DNA of 64,000 bases from an uncultured Gemmatimonadales bacterium (GTDB lineage Bacteria > Gemmatimonadota > Gemmatimonadetes > Longimicrobiales > Gaopeijiaceae): positions 1,088,001 to 1,152,000 of the forward strand of contig CAWELD010000003.1 in NCBI GenBank assembly GCA_963809895.1. The letters run 5' to 3'. Of this stretch, positions 25,357 through 35,696 are shown piece by piece. Below the pieces are notes generated by a model. The model did not search any database and was not told the origin of the DNA. It saw only the letters and a list, made by a program, of their open reading frames with translations. Position 1 is the stretch's first letter, and each line of letters begins with the position of its first letter. The translations under genes and the position numbers were made by a program.

Positions 25357-27705
25357 TCATTCTCCCGGCGACGGCGGGGCCTGCTTCTCCCATACGAACC
25401 GGTGGAAGAAGTCCCCCACGTCTTCGAAGAGCTTGATCCATTTCCGGTGCAGGAGCATCTCGTGGGTCTCGTCGGGCCAGACCGTGAGCTCGTAGTAGAC
25501 GCCCTGGGCCCGGAGGAGCTGCACGAGCCCGATCGTTTGCGAGAAGTCCACGTTGCGGTCGTCGTCACCCTGCTCCAGGAAGACCGGCGAGGTCCAGGTG
25601 TCGACGTGGGCCGCCGAGGAGGACTGGAACGAGACCGACGTGGTGTCCAGCGAGCTCCCGTACAGGTGCACGCCGGCCAGATCGGCACCGGCGCGGAAGA
25701 TGTCCGAGTTACGGGCCAGCGCCTCGGAGGTCAGGAGTCCCCCGTACGAAAGCCCCCAGATGCCGATGCGTGTCGAGTCCACGTCCTCGCGGGACTGCAG
25801 GTAGCGGGCCCCGGCCACCACGTCCTGGTACTCGGAGTTCCCACGGGCGTTGGTGCCCTCGGCGCCGCGGAAGCTGCGGCCGTATCCGATGCCACCCCGG
25901 TAGTTGATGGAGAGCACCACGTAGCCCTGGCTCTGGAGCCACTGGTTGTACGCGTACGCCCAGTGGTAGAACTGCATGTAGTGGTACGCGGGCAGCATCT
26001 GCCGCACCGGCCCTCCGTGCACGAACACGATGGCGGGCCGCTTCTCGCCGGGACGGATGTCGTCGGGCAGGAAGAGCTGGTTGTGGATCTCGGTGCTGTC
26101 GGCCGCCCGGGTGATCACGATCTCGGGGACCACGTGGTCGGCCTGCGCGAAGTCGTCGGGCAGCGTCGGAAAGACGATCCTGGGATCGCCGCCGGTCTCG
26201 GGCACGAGCGCCACGGAGGCCGGCTGCTTCGCGTTGAAGTAGAGCACCGCCACCTGGTCACCCGAGGCGAGCGGCTGCGGATAGGTCTCCACACCGCTCC
26301 CCGTGGACACGCGGCGCGGCTCTCCTCCGGCCGTGGGCACGGCCCAGATGTGGCGGCGCTCGATGTCCTGGGCGTTGGTGCAGTAGTAGAGGGTGCGGCC
26401 GTCGGGCGAGAACGACACCGACGTGCCGTTTTCGATGAGGCCGTCGGTGGTGGTGAGCATCACGGGATCGGGCCGGGGGTCCGTCACGCTGATGGAGAAA
26501 TACCGCTCGAACTCGTCCTGCGGCGGAACGTGGGGAAAGACGATGTTGTCCCCCTCCCAGCGGATGCCGCGCATACTGGCGAACTCGCGGTCGTCGGGCT
26601 GGTTGTGCCAGACCTCGGTCGCCGTTCCGTCGCCCACGTCGGCCACCATGAGGGACAGCGTGTAGCCCCCGGCGAAGGTGGCGTTGAAGAGACCCGCCTC
26701 GGTGGAGGTGGCGTCGGCGCTGTCCGCGGAGCTCTCGCCACCGCCTCCGCGACGGAATCCCCCGAACCCCCGGCGAAAGCCCCCGCCACATCCGGTGAAC
26801 GGATCGTCGCCCCGTCCGAAGAAGCTCGACGAGCCGTTCGGACGGTAGGCCGGGCCCTGGGGATTACCGATCCCTCCCCCACCCCGCTGCGCCTGCTCGC
26901 CGAAGGGCACGCCCGGACGGCGCAGGAAGGCGAGCTTCGAGCCGTCGGGCGACCACACGGGCTCCGCGTCGCAGTCCACGCTCGGCGCGATGTACTCCAC
27001 GTCGTTCGAGGCCAGGTGGTAGACCATGATCAGGGAGTGGTTCTCGCGCTCGCTGGTCCACGCGAACATGGACCCGTCGGGAGCCCACACGGGCTCGGTC
27101 TGTCGGCCCCACTGGACCAGGAAGGGCTTCAGGCCCAGGTCCATGGAGTCAGGCCGGATTCCGGGTCCGAGCCGGCTGCGGTAGATCTGGCCATCCTTCA
27201 GGTACAGCACCGCCGAGCCATCGGGAGACAGCACCGGGTTGCTGCCCTCGGCCACCCGCCATGCCGGGCCTCCCGAGCTCCGCACCGCCCAGATCGCCTG
27301 CTCCGATCCCCGGGGCAGCTGATCCGGGTTCGCGACCCAGCCTTCGCGGTTGGGGTTCGTGCCCCGCACGAAGACGATCATGGAGCCGTCGTCGGAGATG
27401 GCGACGTCGCCCAGCTCGATCCCGTCGTCGTCCATGAAATCCGTGAGCCGGACGGCCTGGAAGTCCGGGGCCGCGGCCGTATAGACGTTGCGCCGTCCCT
27501 CTTCGTACGCCATCCACGCGAGCCGGTCCGCGTGACCTGCCGAGTGCAGCTCCAGCGGCGACGCCGGATTCAGGAACTGGCGCACGGCGGGACCGGCGTC
27601 CTGCGCCTGGAGCGCCGGGGCCGATGCCGACAGGAGGAGAAGGGTGAGGGTCGCGACCAGACGCGACGGGTGGGAGCGCGACGAAGGGGCGCGAAGTGCA
27701 GCCAT
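25357..27705 (-). CDS. Secreted S9 family (dipeptidyl/acylaminoacyl) peptidase with beta-propeller
   Basis: Signal peptide, WSPDG repeats, VHGGP, GIWGLSYGG nucleophile, DDRNV and DETHE. Confidence 0.9.
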   Translation of the reverse strand: MAALRAPSSRSHPSRLVATLTLLLLSASAPALQAQDAGPAVRQFLNPASPLELHSAGHADRLAWMAYEEGRRNVYTAAAPDFQAVRLTDFMDDDGIELGDVAISDDGSMIVFVRGTNPNREGWVANPDQLPRGSEQAIWAVRSSGGPAWRVAEGSNPVLSPDGSAVLYLKDGQIYRSRLGPGIRPDSMDLGLKPFLVQWGRQTEPVWAPDGSMFAWTSERENHSLIMVYHLASNDVEYIAPSVDCDAEPVWSPDGSKLAFLRRPGVPFGEQAQRGGGGIGNPQGPAYRPNGSSSFFGRGDDPFTGCGGGFRRGFGGFRRGGGGESSADSADATSTEAGLFNATFAGGYTLSLMVADVGDGTATEVWHNQPDDREFASMRGIRWEGDNIVFPHVPPQDEFERYFSISVTDPRPDPVMLTTTDGLIENGTSVSFSPDGRTLYYCTNAQDIERRHIWAVPTAGGEPRRVSTGSGVETYPQPLASGDQVAVLYFNAKQPASVALVPETGGDPRIVFPTLPDDFAQADHVVPEIVITRAADSTEIHNQLFLPDDIRPGEKRPAIVFVHGGPVRQMLPAYHYMQFYHWAYAYNQWLQSQGYVVLSINYRGGIGYGRSFRGAEGTNARGNSEYQDVVAGARYLQSREDVDSTRIGIWGLSYGGLLTSEALARNSDIFRAGADLAGVHLYGSSLDTTSVSFQSSSAAHVDTWTSPVFLEQGDDDRNVDFSQTIGLVQLLRAQGVYYELTVWPDETHEMLLHRKWIKLFEDVGDFFHRFVWEKQAPPSPGE

Positions 27706-27750
27706 GGTTCCTCTTCCGGTCGGGACGGAGGGTCTCGCTGAGCTGGAAAA

Positions 27751-27824
27751 CGCGCCTGGCAGGACTCGAACCTGCGACCCTCCGCTTAGAAGGCGGATGC
27801 TCTATCCAGCTGAGCTACAGGCGC
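27751..27824 (-). tRNA. tRNA-Arg (UCU)
   Basis: Cloverleaf with anticodon loop CTTCTAA and T-loop GTTCGAGT. Confidence 0.95.
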
Positions 27825-27894
27825 TCGGGAGGGCCGCCGCGGCCCCACCGATCTGATGACATGGTCGACAAGGTCCGCCAAAGCGGCGGCCCGG

Positions 27895-28323
27895 TCAACG
27901 CGTGAAGCGGAACGATCCCTGGACCTCGCCGGTGCAGTCGACTGCGTCGACCGCCCCGCTCAGGATCGCGCCGTCGTCGCTGCGCGTGCCCTGCATGTCG
28001 GCGACACCGGGACACTCCAGGTTGTAGTCGAGGGTCAGCCGGATCGTCCCGTCGGGATCGATGGTGCCCTGACCGCTGGCGGAGATCCCGAATCCCGGCG
28101 ACGTGAATCCGGCGTCGAGCTGCCCCCCGGTCTGCGCGATCTCCAGGGTACCGGCGATGGCCTGTCCTTGAACGCTCACCGAGCCCTGCCACGCCCCGGA
28201 CACGTCGGGATAGCTCGGAGCCGGCGGGGCGGTGTCCATGGTGCCGGAGTTGGACGCGCAGCCCAGGGCGAGAACGGCCGCGGCGAATGTGGTCAGCCGT
28301 CTGCGGTGGAGCTTCGGTGACAT
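27895..28323 (-). CDS. Small beta-rich hypothetical lipoprotein
   Basis: Lipobox LALGC, DVSGAWQG start of a beta domain, two Cys; GGAG RBS. Confidence 0.7.
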   Translation of the reverse strand: MSPKLHRRRLTTFAAAVLALGCASNSGTMDTAPPAPSYPDVSGAWQGSVSVQGQAIAGTLEIAQTGGQLDAGFTSPGFGISASGQGTIDPDGTIRLTLDYNLECPGVADMQGTRSDDGAILSGAVDAVDCTGEVQGSFRFTR

Positions 28324-28355
28324 GAGGTCTCCTCGAAGGGGGTTCGGGGGGAAGG

Positions 28356-29921
28356 TCAGATGATGTTGGGCCCCAGGCTCGGCTCCGCAACGGCGAGCCG
28401 GACCTCGGAGCCGAAGAACGACGAGAACATGCGCGCCTTCTTGCGGAGGGCCCACTGCTCCAGCAGGAGGTCGCCGTGTCCCTGCACCTCCAGCACCACC
28501 TCGTCCTTCTCCACCTTCACCTCCACGGCGGCGATGCGCTGCAGGTGCTCGCGATCCAGGGCGTCGGCGATCCTGAGAAGCGAGGCCATGGCCCGCACAC
28601 GCACCCGCGCCGCGTCGTCGAGATCGGCATACAGGAAATGCTCCGACTTGGGCTCTGCCCTTCGGTGATACCGCGCCACCAGGGCCACCAGCGTGCGCTC
28701 CTCGGAGGAGACGTTGGGGACGTCGGAGTTGTGGATGAGGTAGAGGGAGTGCTTGTGATGACGTCGGTAGGCGACGAACTGCCCCACGTCGTGGAGCACG
28801 GCCGCCACCAGAAGGACGCGGCGGTCCGCATCGGTCAGGCGATGCAGCTCCCGGAGCTGGTCGAAGAGCGACAGCACCAGGCGCGCCACGTGGCGGGCGT
28901 GGGGCTCGTCGAAGTGGAAGCGCCGGCCCAGCGCCAGCGCGCCGTAGAAGGCCTGTTGCTCGAGGCGCGAAGCGTGCACGCCGGGTCCGACGAGATCCTC
29001 GGCCATGTCCAGGAGAAGGCCCTCCTTCACCCCGACGTGAGGCACCACGATCTCGTCCACCCCGGCCAGCATGGCCACCCGCTCGTAGAGGAGGCCCGCC
29101 GGCACGATCACATCGGCCCGGTCCCGGCGGAGACCGAAGCGCTCCATGCGCTCCTCGAGCGACATGGCGGCGAGCTTCTCCACCACGCGGCGCAGGTGGG
29201 CGAGTGGCAGGTGACTCACGCCTTCGGGGCCGGGGGATCGCCCCGCGAGCTCCGCCAGCGCCTCGATGTTGCCACCGGTGGCCATGACGCCCTCCAGCCC
29301 GGACGTGCCCACGTCGTCGGGAATCCTCAGGGTACCGGCGTATTCCCGGGCCAGGGCGAGGAAGCGCTCCGGCTCCTGATCGGGGTCGCCCAGATCCTCC
29401 AGCAGACGCACGGTTCCCATCTGGTGGGACTCCGACCAGTGGATCCCCTCGGCGGACACGAGCGAGACCTCCAGGCTGCCCCCGCCCAGGTCGGCCGTCA
29501 GCCACCGCCCTTCGCCCAGCTCCACGCGGCGCCGCACGGCGAGCCAGACGAGGCGAGCCTCCTCGCTGCCGGTGATGGTTTCGAGCTGGATGCCGCATTC
29601 GCGGCGGATGCGCTCCACGAGCTCGCCACCGTTCCTGCTCTCACGCACCGCGCTGGTGGCGACGGCCCGGTATCGGGGGATGCCGTGGGTGTCGATGGCC
29701 CGCCGGAACGTCGCCATGGTCTCCACGGCCGCCTTCATGGTGTCCTCGTCCAGGGATCCCGTGAGGAAGACGTTGTGGCCCAGGCGCACGGGAACCCGCT
29801 GCACCTCGAGCTCGAGCCAGTGTCCCGGGTCCACGAACTCGGCCGCCACGAAGCGGATGGCGTTGGACCCCGCATCGATGGCGGCGACGCGGAAAGGGAA
29901 TCTCGGCTCGTCAGAACTCAA
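28356..29921 (-). CDS. ppx: Ppx/GppA exopolyphosphatase with HD domain
   Basis: AAIDAGSNAIR, ATSAVRES, ADLGGGSLE, LHDVG; start estimated (TTG 29921). Confidence 0.88.
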   Translation of the reverse strand: MSSDEPRFPFRVAAIDAGSNAIRFVAAEFVDPGHWLELEVQRVPVRLGHNVFLTGSLDEDTMKAAVETMATFRRAIDTHGIPRYRAVATSAVRESRNGGELVERIRRECGIQLETITGSEEARLVWLAVRRRVELGEGRWLTADLGGGSLEVSLVSAEGIHWSESHQMGTVRLLEDLGDPDQEPERFLALAREYAGTLRIPDDVGTSGLEGVMATGGNIEALAELAGRSPGPEGVSHLPLAHLRRVVEKLAAMSLEERMERFGLRRDRADVIVPAGLLYERVAMLAGVDEIVVPHVGVKEGLLLDMAEDLVGPGVHASRLEQQAFYGALALGRRFHFDEPHARHVARLVLSLFDQLRELHRLTDADRRVLLVAAVLHDVGQFVAYRRHHKHSLYLIHNSDVPNVSSEERTLVALVARYHRRAEPKSEHFLYADLDDAARVRVRAMASLLRIADALDREHLQRIAAVEVKVEKDEVVLEVQGHGDLLLEQWALRKKARMFSSFFGSEVRLAVAEPSLGPNII

Positions 29922-29965
29922 AGGGGGATCGGGACAGGGGTGATACAGGGCCCGGACCGCACTCC

Positions 29966-32356
29966 CTATTCTGAGTCGCGCGGCCCCACGACGCGAGGGG
30001 TGGCCACGGCGCGCTCCCGTCGCAACGCGGCCTCGGCCATGAGGGCCTGGTGGAAGTCCTTGACCGGCCGACCTTCGGGAGGAGTGCGCAAGGAATACTG
30101 GCCGTCGGGGGCCAGGTCCCAGGCGAGGCGGTTGTCTTCCAGGCCCAGGACCAGGATCCGGTAGAGCCGCGAGCGCAACTCGGGATCGCTGATGCGCACC
30201 ACCGCCTCGACCCGCTCCTCGAGGTTGCGCCGGCGCCAGTCCGCGCTGCCCACCAGGATGTCGTGCTCGCCACCGTTCCGGAAGAAGAAGACCCGGTCGT
30301 GCTCCAGGAAGCGACCGATGATGCTGGTGATCCTGATGTTGTCCGACACGCCCTGCACGCCGGGTCGGAGTCGGGTGTGGCCCCGCACGAGGAGGTCGAC
30401 CTGGACACCGGCCCGAGACGCTCGGTAGAGGGCCTGGATCATCCCCACGTCGTCGATGGCGTTCATCTTGAGGATGATCCTCCCTCGCCCGGATCGGCGC
30501 TGCTGCTCGATCTCCCGGTCCACCAACGCCTCGAAGGCCGCCCGCATGTCCCGGGGCGCCACGATGAGCGAGTGGTAACGCGGCTGGGGTGCGTGGCCAG
30601 TGAGGTAGTGGAAGAGCTCCACCAGATCGTTGCCGATGGCGAGGTCCGACGTGAGAAGCCCCAGATCCGAGTAGAGGCGGGCCGTGGTCGCGTGGTAGTT
30701 GCCCGTGCCCACGTGGGAGTAGAGGCGGATGTCGTCTCCCTCCTGCCGGACCACCAGCGTCACCTTGGTGTGGGTCTTGAGTCCCACGAGGCCGTAGGTG
30801 ACGTGGACGCCGGCCCGCTCGAGCATCTGCCCCCACTCGATGTTGTTGGCCTCGTCGAATCGGGCCGTCACCTCGACCAGCACGGCCACCTGCTTGCCTG
30901 CCTCGGCCGCTCGGACCAAAGCCCGCACGATGGGCGAGTTCTCAGAGGTCCGGTAGAGCGTCAGCTTGATGGCCAGGACCTGCGGGTCGCGGGCCGCCTC
31001 TTCCACGAATCGTTGCACGCTCGCGCGGAACGAGTCGTAGGGGTGATGCACCAGCACGTCGCGCTGCCGGAGAACCTCGAAGATCGATCGCGCCTCACCC
31101 CCGTCGTCGGTCAGCTCGGCTGAGGTCACCGGCTCCCAGGGCGGAAAGCGCAGCTGCGGCCGATCCACCTCCGCCAGGCTCGCCACGTCGGTGAAGTCGA
31201 TGAGCCCCGGCACCCTGTAGACGTCGTCTTCGTCCAGCTCCAGCTCGTCCAGGAGCAGGGCCAGCACGGGCCGGGGCAGCGCCTCGTCCACCTCGAGCCG
31301 AACCACGGGGGCGAAGCGCCGCTCGCGGAGCTCCTCCGAGATCATCTCCAGGAGATCCTCCGCCTCTTCTTCGTCGCGGCGGATGTCGGCGTTGCGCGTG
31401 ACCCGAAAGGCGTGCACGGCCAGGATGCGGGCGCCCGGGAACAACTCGTTCGCGTGCCGGGCCACCACGTCTTCCACCGCCACGAACTCGCCGTCGGTGG
31501 AGAGCGGGATCCAGCGGCCCTTGTTCACCGGAACCTTCACGCGGGCGAACTGGAGATCTTCGCGCCGGGGGTCCTGGAGAACGATGGCCAGCGACAGGCT
31601 CTGATTCGAGATGAAGGGGAACGGGTGGCCCGGGTCGACCGCCAGCGGTGTCAGGACGGGCCGGATGCTCCGCATGAAGATCCCCCGGAGCCGCCGGCGC
31701 TCCTCGCGCGGAAGCTCGTCGTAGCGCCGGATGGCGATCCCCTGCTCCCGGAGGGCCGGCTGGAGCTCCTCGGACCACACCCGTGACATCGCTTCCTGCA
31801 TCTGCCCCATGGCCTGGCGAATGAGCACCAGCTGCTCGTCGGGCGTACGGCCGTCGGGTGACAGGTCGCGGACGCCGGCTTCGCGCTGCCGCTTGAGGCC
31901 TCCGACGCGCTTGCGAACGAACTCGTCGAGGTTGGACTGGGTGATGGCGAGGAAGCGGACCCGTTCGAGCAGCGGTAGCCGGGAGTCGACGGCCTGATGG
32001 AGGACCCGCCAGTTGAAGTCGAGCCAGCTCAACTCTCGATTGAAATAGAGCGCCGGGGCGCTCAGCTCCAGCTCCGAGCCTTTGTCAGGCCTGGGCCTCA
32101 CCGCCCGCGGCGGGCGCCGCAGTTCGAGCCGCCACGCTCCAGCCCCCACTCCCCCCACGGGCTCGCGAGCCGGCTCGGACGGATGTCCGTTCCAGGCGTC
32201 GGGTGACGCACGGTGGCCCCCGGAGCGCTCGGATCCGGGAGTCGGGCGTCGGGTCAGGTCGGAAGGAAGATCGGCGCGCACGGAAACAGCATGGGATGGG
32301 CACACCTCAGGAGCCACCCCGGAGGTGTCACGAGTTGGTAACCGGCCAATGGCCAC
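29966..32356 (-). CDS. ppk1: Polyphosphate kinase 1
   Basis: NRELSWLDFN, DPGHPFPFISN, HHPYDSF, LKTHTK, GRFLEH; true start may lie downstream of 32356. Confidence 0.94.
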   Translation of the reverse strand: MAIGRLPTRDTSGVAPEVCPSHAVSVRADLPSDLTRRPTPGSERSGGHRASPDAWNGHPSEPAREPVGGVGAGAWRLELRRPPRAVRPRPDKGSELELSAPALYFNRELSWLDFNWRVLHQAVDSRLPLLERVRFLAITQSNLDEFVRKRVGGLKRQREAGVRDLSPDGRTPDEQLVLIRQAMGQMQEAMSRVWSEELQPALREQGIAIRRYDELPREERRRLRGIFMRSIRPVLTPLAVDPGHPFPFISNQSLSLAIVLQDPRREDLQFARVKVPVNKGRWIPLSTDGEFVAVEDVVARHANELFPGARILAVHAFRVTRNADIRRDEEEAEDLLEMISEELRERRFAPVVRLEVDEALPRPVLALLLDELELDEDDVYRVPGLIDFTDVASLAEVDRPQLRFPPWEPVTSAELTDDGGEARSIFEVLRQRDVLVHHPYDSFRASVQRFVEEAARDPQVLAIKLTLYRTSENSPIVRALVRAAEAGKQVAVLVEVTARFDEANNIEWGQMLERAGVHVTYGLVGLKTHTKVTLVVRQEGDDIRLYSHVGTGNYHATTARLYSDLGLLTSDLAIGNDLVELFHYLTGHAPQPRYHSLIVAPRDMRAAFEALVDREIEQQRRSGRGRIILKMNAIDDVGMIQALYRASRAGVQVDLLVRGHTRLRPGVQGVSDNIRITSIIGRFLEHDRVFFFRNGGEHDILVGSADWRRRNLEERVEAVVRISDPELRSRLYRILVLGLEDNRLAWDLAPDGQYSLRTPPEGRPVKDFHQALMAEAALRRERAVATPRVVGPRDSE

Positions 32357-32365
32357 GAAGGAGAT

Positions 32366-32776
32366 TCAATCCTCGGGCTCCAGGCCCTCGATACGGTGGC
32401 CGGACCGCTCGGTGGTGGGGGCGTCGGCCGGACGATAGAGAATCACGCGCGCACGCTCCAGGGTGATGAGGCCTCCGCCGATCATCCCGTCCAGCTCGGG
32501 CAGGAGCTCCTGGATCTTCTCCTCGGTCTCGATCACTTCCACGACGATGGGAAGGTCCAGCGACAGCCGCAGGATGCGGTCCGTGTGCACGCGGGCGCTG
32601 GCGCCGAAGCCGGCGACGCCCCGAAGCACCGTGGCGCCGGCGAAGCCCCGCTCACGCAGCAGCCTGAGGAGGGCATCGTAGAGCGGCCGACCCCGGTGGG
32701 GCCCCTCCTCGCAGCGGTCGCTCTCACCGATGAAGATGCGCATGAGGGTGCGCTCGCCCGTGAAGCGGTGCGTCAT
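32366..32776 (-). CDS. DUF190 (PII-like) protein
   Basis: MRIFIGESD, AGATVLRGVAGFG, LSLDLPIVVEVI; directly after fluC. Confidence 0.88.
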   Translation of the reverse strand: MTHRFTGERTLMRIFIGESDRCEEGPHRGRPLYDALLRLLRERGFAGATVLRGVAGFGASARVHTDRILRLSLDLPIVVEVIETEEKIQELLPELDGMIGGGLITLERARVILYRPADAPTTERSGHRIEGLEPED

Positions 32777-32780
32777 GCTG

Positions 32781-33164
32781 TCACCCCCTGGAGTGGAGGA
32801 CGTAACCCGCGGCCGTGAGGCCGGCGAGCACCGACACGAGACCGGCCAGCAGGCTCCCCAACGAATAGAGCCCTGCCCGCGCCCACTCACCGTCGCGGAG
32901 TAGCGCCACGGTCTCGAAGCTGTAGGTGCTGAAGGTGGTGAAGGCCCCCAGCAGTCCGATGGTCACGAAGGCGCGGGTCTCCGGAGAGGACGCGAGGTGC
33001 TCCAGCAACCTGATGGAGAGGCCGATGAAGAACGATCCCACCACGTTCACCGCCAGGGTACCCCACGGCATCTCCGAGCCGGCCCAGGCATGTACCCAGC
33101 CGCTCACCTTGTAGCGGAGCACGCCGCCCAGGGCGCTGCCCAGAGCCACGAACAGAAGGATCAT
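32781..33164 (-). CDS. crcB: Fluoride channel Fluc/CrcB
   Basis: GGVLRY, PWGTLAVNVVGSF, GLLGAFTTFSTYS. Confidence 0.94.
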   Translation of the reverse strand: MILLFVALGSALGGVLRYKVSGWVHAWAGSEMPWGTLAVNVVGSFFIGLSIRLLEHLASSPETRAFVTIGLLGAFTTFSTYSFETVALLRDGEWARAGLYSLGSLLAGLVSVLAGLTAAGYVLHSRG

Positions 33165-33215
33165 CCCGTGTCCTCGACGCGAAGAACTCTCGCCGACCCG
33201 TGTGGCGGAGAGGAA

Positions 33216-33289
33216 TCGGGGCGCCGGGATTCGAACCCGGGACCTCCTGCTCCCAAAGCAGGCGCGCTACCGGACTGCGCCACGCCCCG
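33216..33289 (-). tRNA. tRNA-Pro (UGG)
   Basis: CGGGGCG acceptor, anticodon loop TTTGGGA, GTTCGAATC. Confidence 0.95.
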
Positions 33290-33388
33290 TATTACAGCGT
33301 TCCGGTCCAACGAACGCCACGAAGCTAGTCCCTCGCCCGGCTCACTGGTAGGCGTGGCGGCCGTGGGCCCCCATGCTCGGAATCACCC

Positions 33389-34750
33389 TCAGCTACCGGG
33401 CCCCGCCGTCAACTGGGTCTCGAAGAAGAGCTCGCTCCAGCAGTAGACGCGGCCCATGCCCGTGAGGGCGCAGCCCGAGTACCCCTTGGTGGACACCTGG
33501 GTCACCGTCTCGCCTCCGAATTCCAGGAGGGGCAGGACCTCGAACCAGTCGCGGAGGCAGACGAACCCGTCGTCTTCGGGCATGCAAGGCATTCCCGCTT
33601 TCAAGAAGGGCTCATCGAGGTTGTCGACGTCGTAGCGGTACACCCCCTCCTGGGCGGTGGCCTCGAGCTTGGCGAGCACCTCTTCGGGAACCGAGCCGTA
33701 CAGGTTGGGCCAGCACGTCACGGTCGCGTCTTCCAGGAGCGCGCACAGAGGCGTGTTGAGGACCGCGGGTCCGGACAGGGGCACCTCGGTGGGCGCCGCG
33801 CCGGCGAAGTTCAACCAGCTCGGCCCCGAGGGCGGCAAGGCACCCCACAGGAAGACACGTCCGTCCGCGGTCCGGCCCGCCACCGCCTCGTCCCCGGCCC
33901 AGGCGTCGTTGGCGGACAGGGCGACGAAGGACTCACCCCCCGACACCGGTCCCGGCACGGAGGAACTCTCGGTGGTGCCGTTGCCCAGCATTCCCCCGCG
34001 ACCGAATCCCCAGCAGTACGCCCGTCCCGAGTCCCGTTCCAACCCGCAGGTGGTGGCCGCACCCGCCTCCAGGTCGGAGAACCGGACCCCACCCAGCACG
34101 GAGTCGGGGACCGAGGCGCGGCTGAGCTGATCGGCGAACACGGCGCGGCCGAGTTGCCCCACCCCGTTGGAGCCCCAGCACCACGCGCGGCCGTCGGTGG
34201 CCAACGCACAGGCATGCGACAGGCCGGTGGTGACGTCCTGGAAATCCCCCTGAACCCGCACCCGCACCGGGCGCGCTCGCCCGGCGAAGGTACCGTTGCC
34301 CAGCTCGCCGTCGTCCCCGAATCCCCAGCAGTAGACGTGGCGCAGCTCGTTGAGCCCGCACGAGAAGGAGCCGCCGGTGCTGACGGCCGTGAAGCGGCCG
34401 GGATCGAAGACACCCTCCACCAGGAGCGTGGTCCGCTCCAACGCCTCCACGGAGGCGGTCCCCGTACCAGCCGTGACCATCGCGTCCTCGTCCAGGCCGG
34501 ACACCGAGACCTGATACGACCCCGCAGGCACGTCTTGGAAAAGCGCCACGCCGTCAGCGTCGGTGACCTCCGACCGGGTAGCGCGAGGTCCCGAGATGCC
34601 CACGGTCACGCCCGCCTGCCCCCATCCTCCGATCTCGACGGTGACCTCGAGCTGCCCGCTGGGACCGTCTCCATCGGGCCCCGTGGCGTCGCTCCCGCAC
34701 CCGGCGAGGGCCGCCACCAGGAGCCAGACCGGCGACAGGCTGCGGTTCAT
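33389..34750 (-). CDS. Lipoprotein with carboxypeptidase-regulatory-like beta-sandwich and RCC1-like repeats
   Basis: Lipobox LAGC; VTDADGVALFQDVPAGSY; repeated CWG.G..GELGNG / HACAL motifs. Confidence 0.78.
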   Translation of the reverse strand: MNRSLSPVWLLVAALAGCGSDATGPDGDGPSGQLEVTVEIGGWGQAGVTVGISGPRATRSEVTDADGVALFQDVPAGSYQVSVSGLDEDAMVTAGTGTASVEALERTTLLVEGVFDPGRFTAVSTGGSFSCGLNELRHVYCWGFGDDGELGNGTFAGRARPVRVRVQGDFQDVTTGLSHACALATDGRAWCWGSNGVGQLGRAVFADQLSRASVPDSVLGGVRFSDLEAGAATTCGLERDSGRAYCWGFGRGGMLGNGTTESSSVPGPVSGGESFVALSANDAWAGDEAVAGRTADGRVFLWGALPPSGPSWLNFAGAAPTEVPLSGPAVLNTPLCALLEDATVTCWPNLYGSVPEEVLAKLEATAQEGVYRYDVDNLDEPFLKAGMPCMPEDDGFVCLRDWFEVLPLLEFGGETVTQVSTKGYSGCALTGMGRVYCWSELFFETQLTAGPGS

Positions 34751-35082
34751 GACGTAGCCTCCTCCACGCCGTCCTCTTCTTCGGCCAGCCGACGCAGGTA
34801 GTCGAAGGGATAGATCCCGGTGGAGTGGCCATCGCTCCACATGAACTGCAGGGCATAGCGACCGACGTAGTGGATGGCGGTCGGATAGACGTCGTCGGGC
34901 ACCATGGCGGGCACGAGGATCCGCTGGCCGGTCTGCTCGTCCACGCAACCGGCGCAGGGGCACCGGAGCCTCAGGGTGCGGGGCTCGTAGAAACTCTCTT
35001 CGCCATCACCCCAGAGGATCCGCAGACGCGTGCCCTGGGCGTCGGGACCGATCTCCTCGGGGTGGAACCTCGGCTCGCTCAT
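34747..35082 (-). CDS. DUF971 (GBBH-like N-terminal) protein
   Basis: LRLRCPCAGC, VGRYALQFMWSDGHSTGIY. Confidence 0.88.
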   Translation of the reverse strand: MSEPRFHPEEIGPDAQGTRLRILWGDGEESFYEPRTLRLRCPCAGCVDEQTGQRILVPAMVPDDVYPTAIHYVGRYALQFMWSDGHSTGIYPFDYLRRLAEEEDGVEEATS

Positions 35083-35696
35083 GGTCCTCGCAGATGCTGC
35101 GCCAGCGCCCGGAAGGCCTTGCCGCGGTGGCTGCGCGCGTTCTTCGCTTCCGCATCGATCTCGGCGAACGTCCGGCCGAGCTCGGGATCGAAGAAGAGGG
35201 GATCGTAGCCGAACCCTCCTTCGCCGCGTCCCTCCGTCAGGATGACGCCTTCGGCTTCGCCTCGAAAGACCACCGCGTCCGCACCCGTCTCGGGAACCAG
35301 GGCGACACAGCAGACGTAGCGCGCCGTGCGCGCCGCATCCGGCGTTCCATCCAGGACCCGCAACAGATGCGCATTGTTGGCGAGGTCGCGCTCGAGCCCC
35401 TCGGCGTCGCCGGGCGCGAAACGCTTGGAGCGCACTCCGGGAGCGCCGTCCAGGGCATCCACCGCCAATCCCGAATCGTCGGCCACCGCGGGCAAGCCCC
35501 CGAGTCGCTGGAAGTAGCGGGCCTTGGACGCCGCGTTGGCCTCGAAGGTGTGGAAGGGCTCCAGCGTCTCTTCCACGGGGTCGGGGGCGATGCCCGCGTC
35601 GTCCGGGCCCACCAGCTCCAGCCCCGGAACGTCGGCCAGGATCCGCCGGATCTCCCGCAGCTTGTGGGGGCTGCGGGTGGCCACCAGGAGCTTCAC
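35079..35696 (-). CDS. rdgB: Non-canonical purine NTP pyrophosphatase (RdgB/HAM1)
   Basis: [33 protein letters not shown]. Confidence 0.93.
   Translation of the reverse strand: MKLLVATRSPHKLREIRRILADVPGLELVGPDDAGIAPDPVEETLEPFHTFEANAASKARYFQRLGGLPAVADDSGLAVDALDGAPGVRSKRFAPGDAEGLERDLANNAHLLRVLDGTPDAARTARYVCCVALVPETGADAVVFRGEAEGVILTEGRGEGGFGYDPLFFDPELGRTFAEIDAEAKNARSHRGKAFRALAQHLRGP

Noticed and set aside
33165..33388. Fluoride riboswitch near crcB
   Set aside because: Only an ACGCCTAC fragment upstream of the tRNA; the GGxGATG core and correct position are missing
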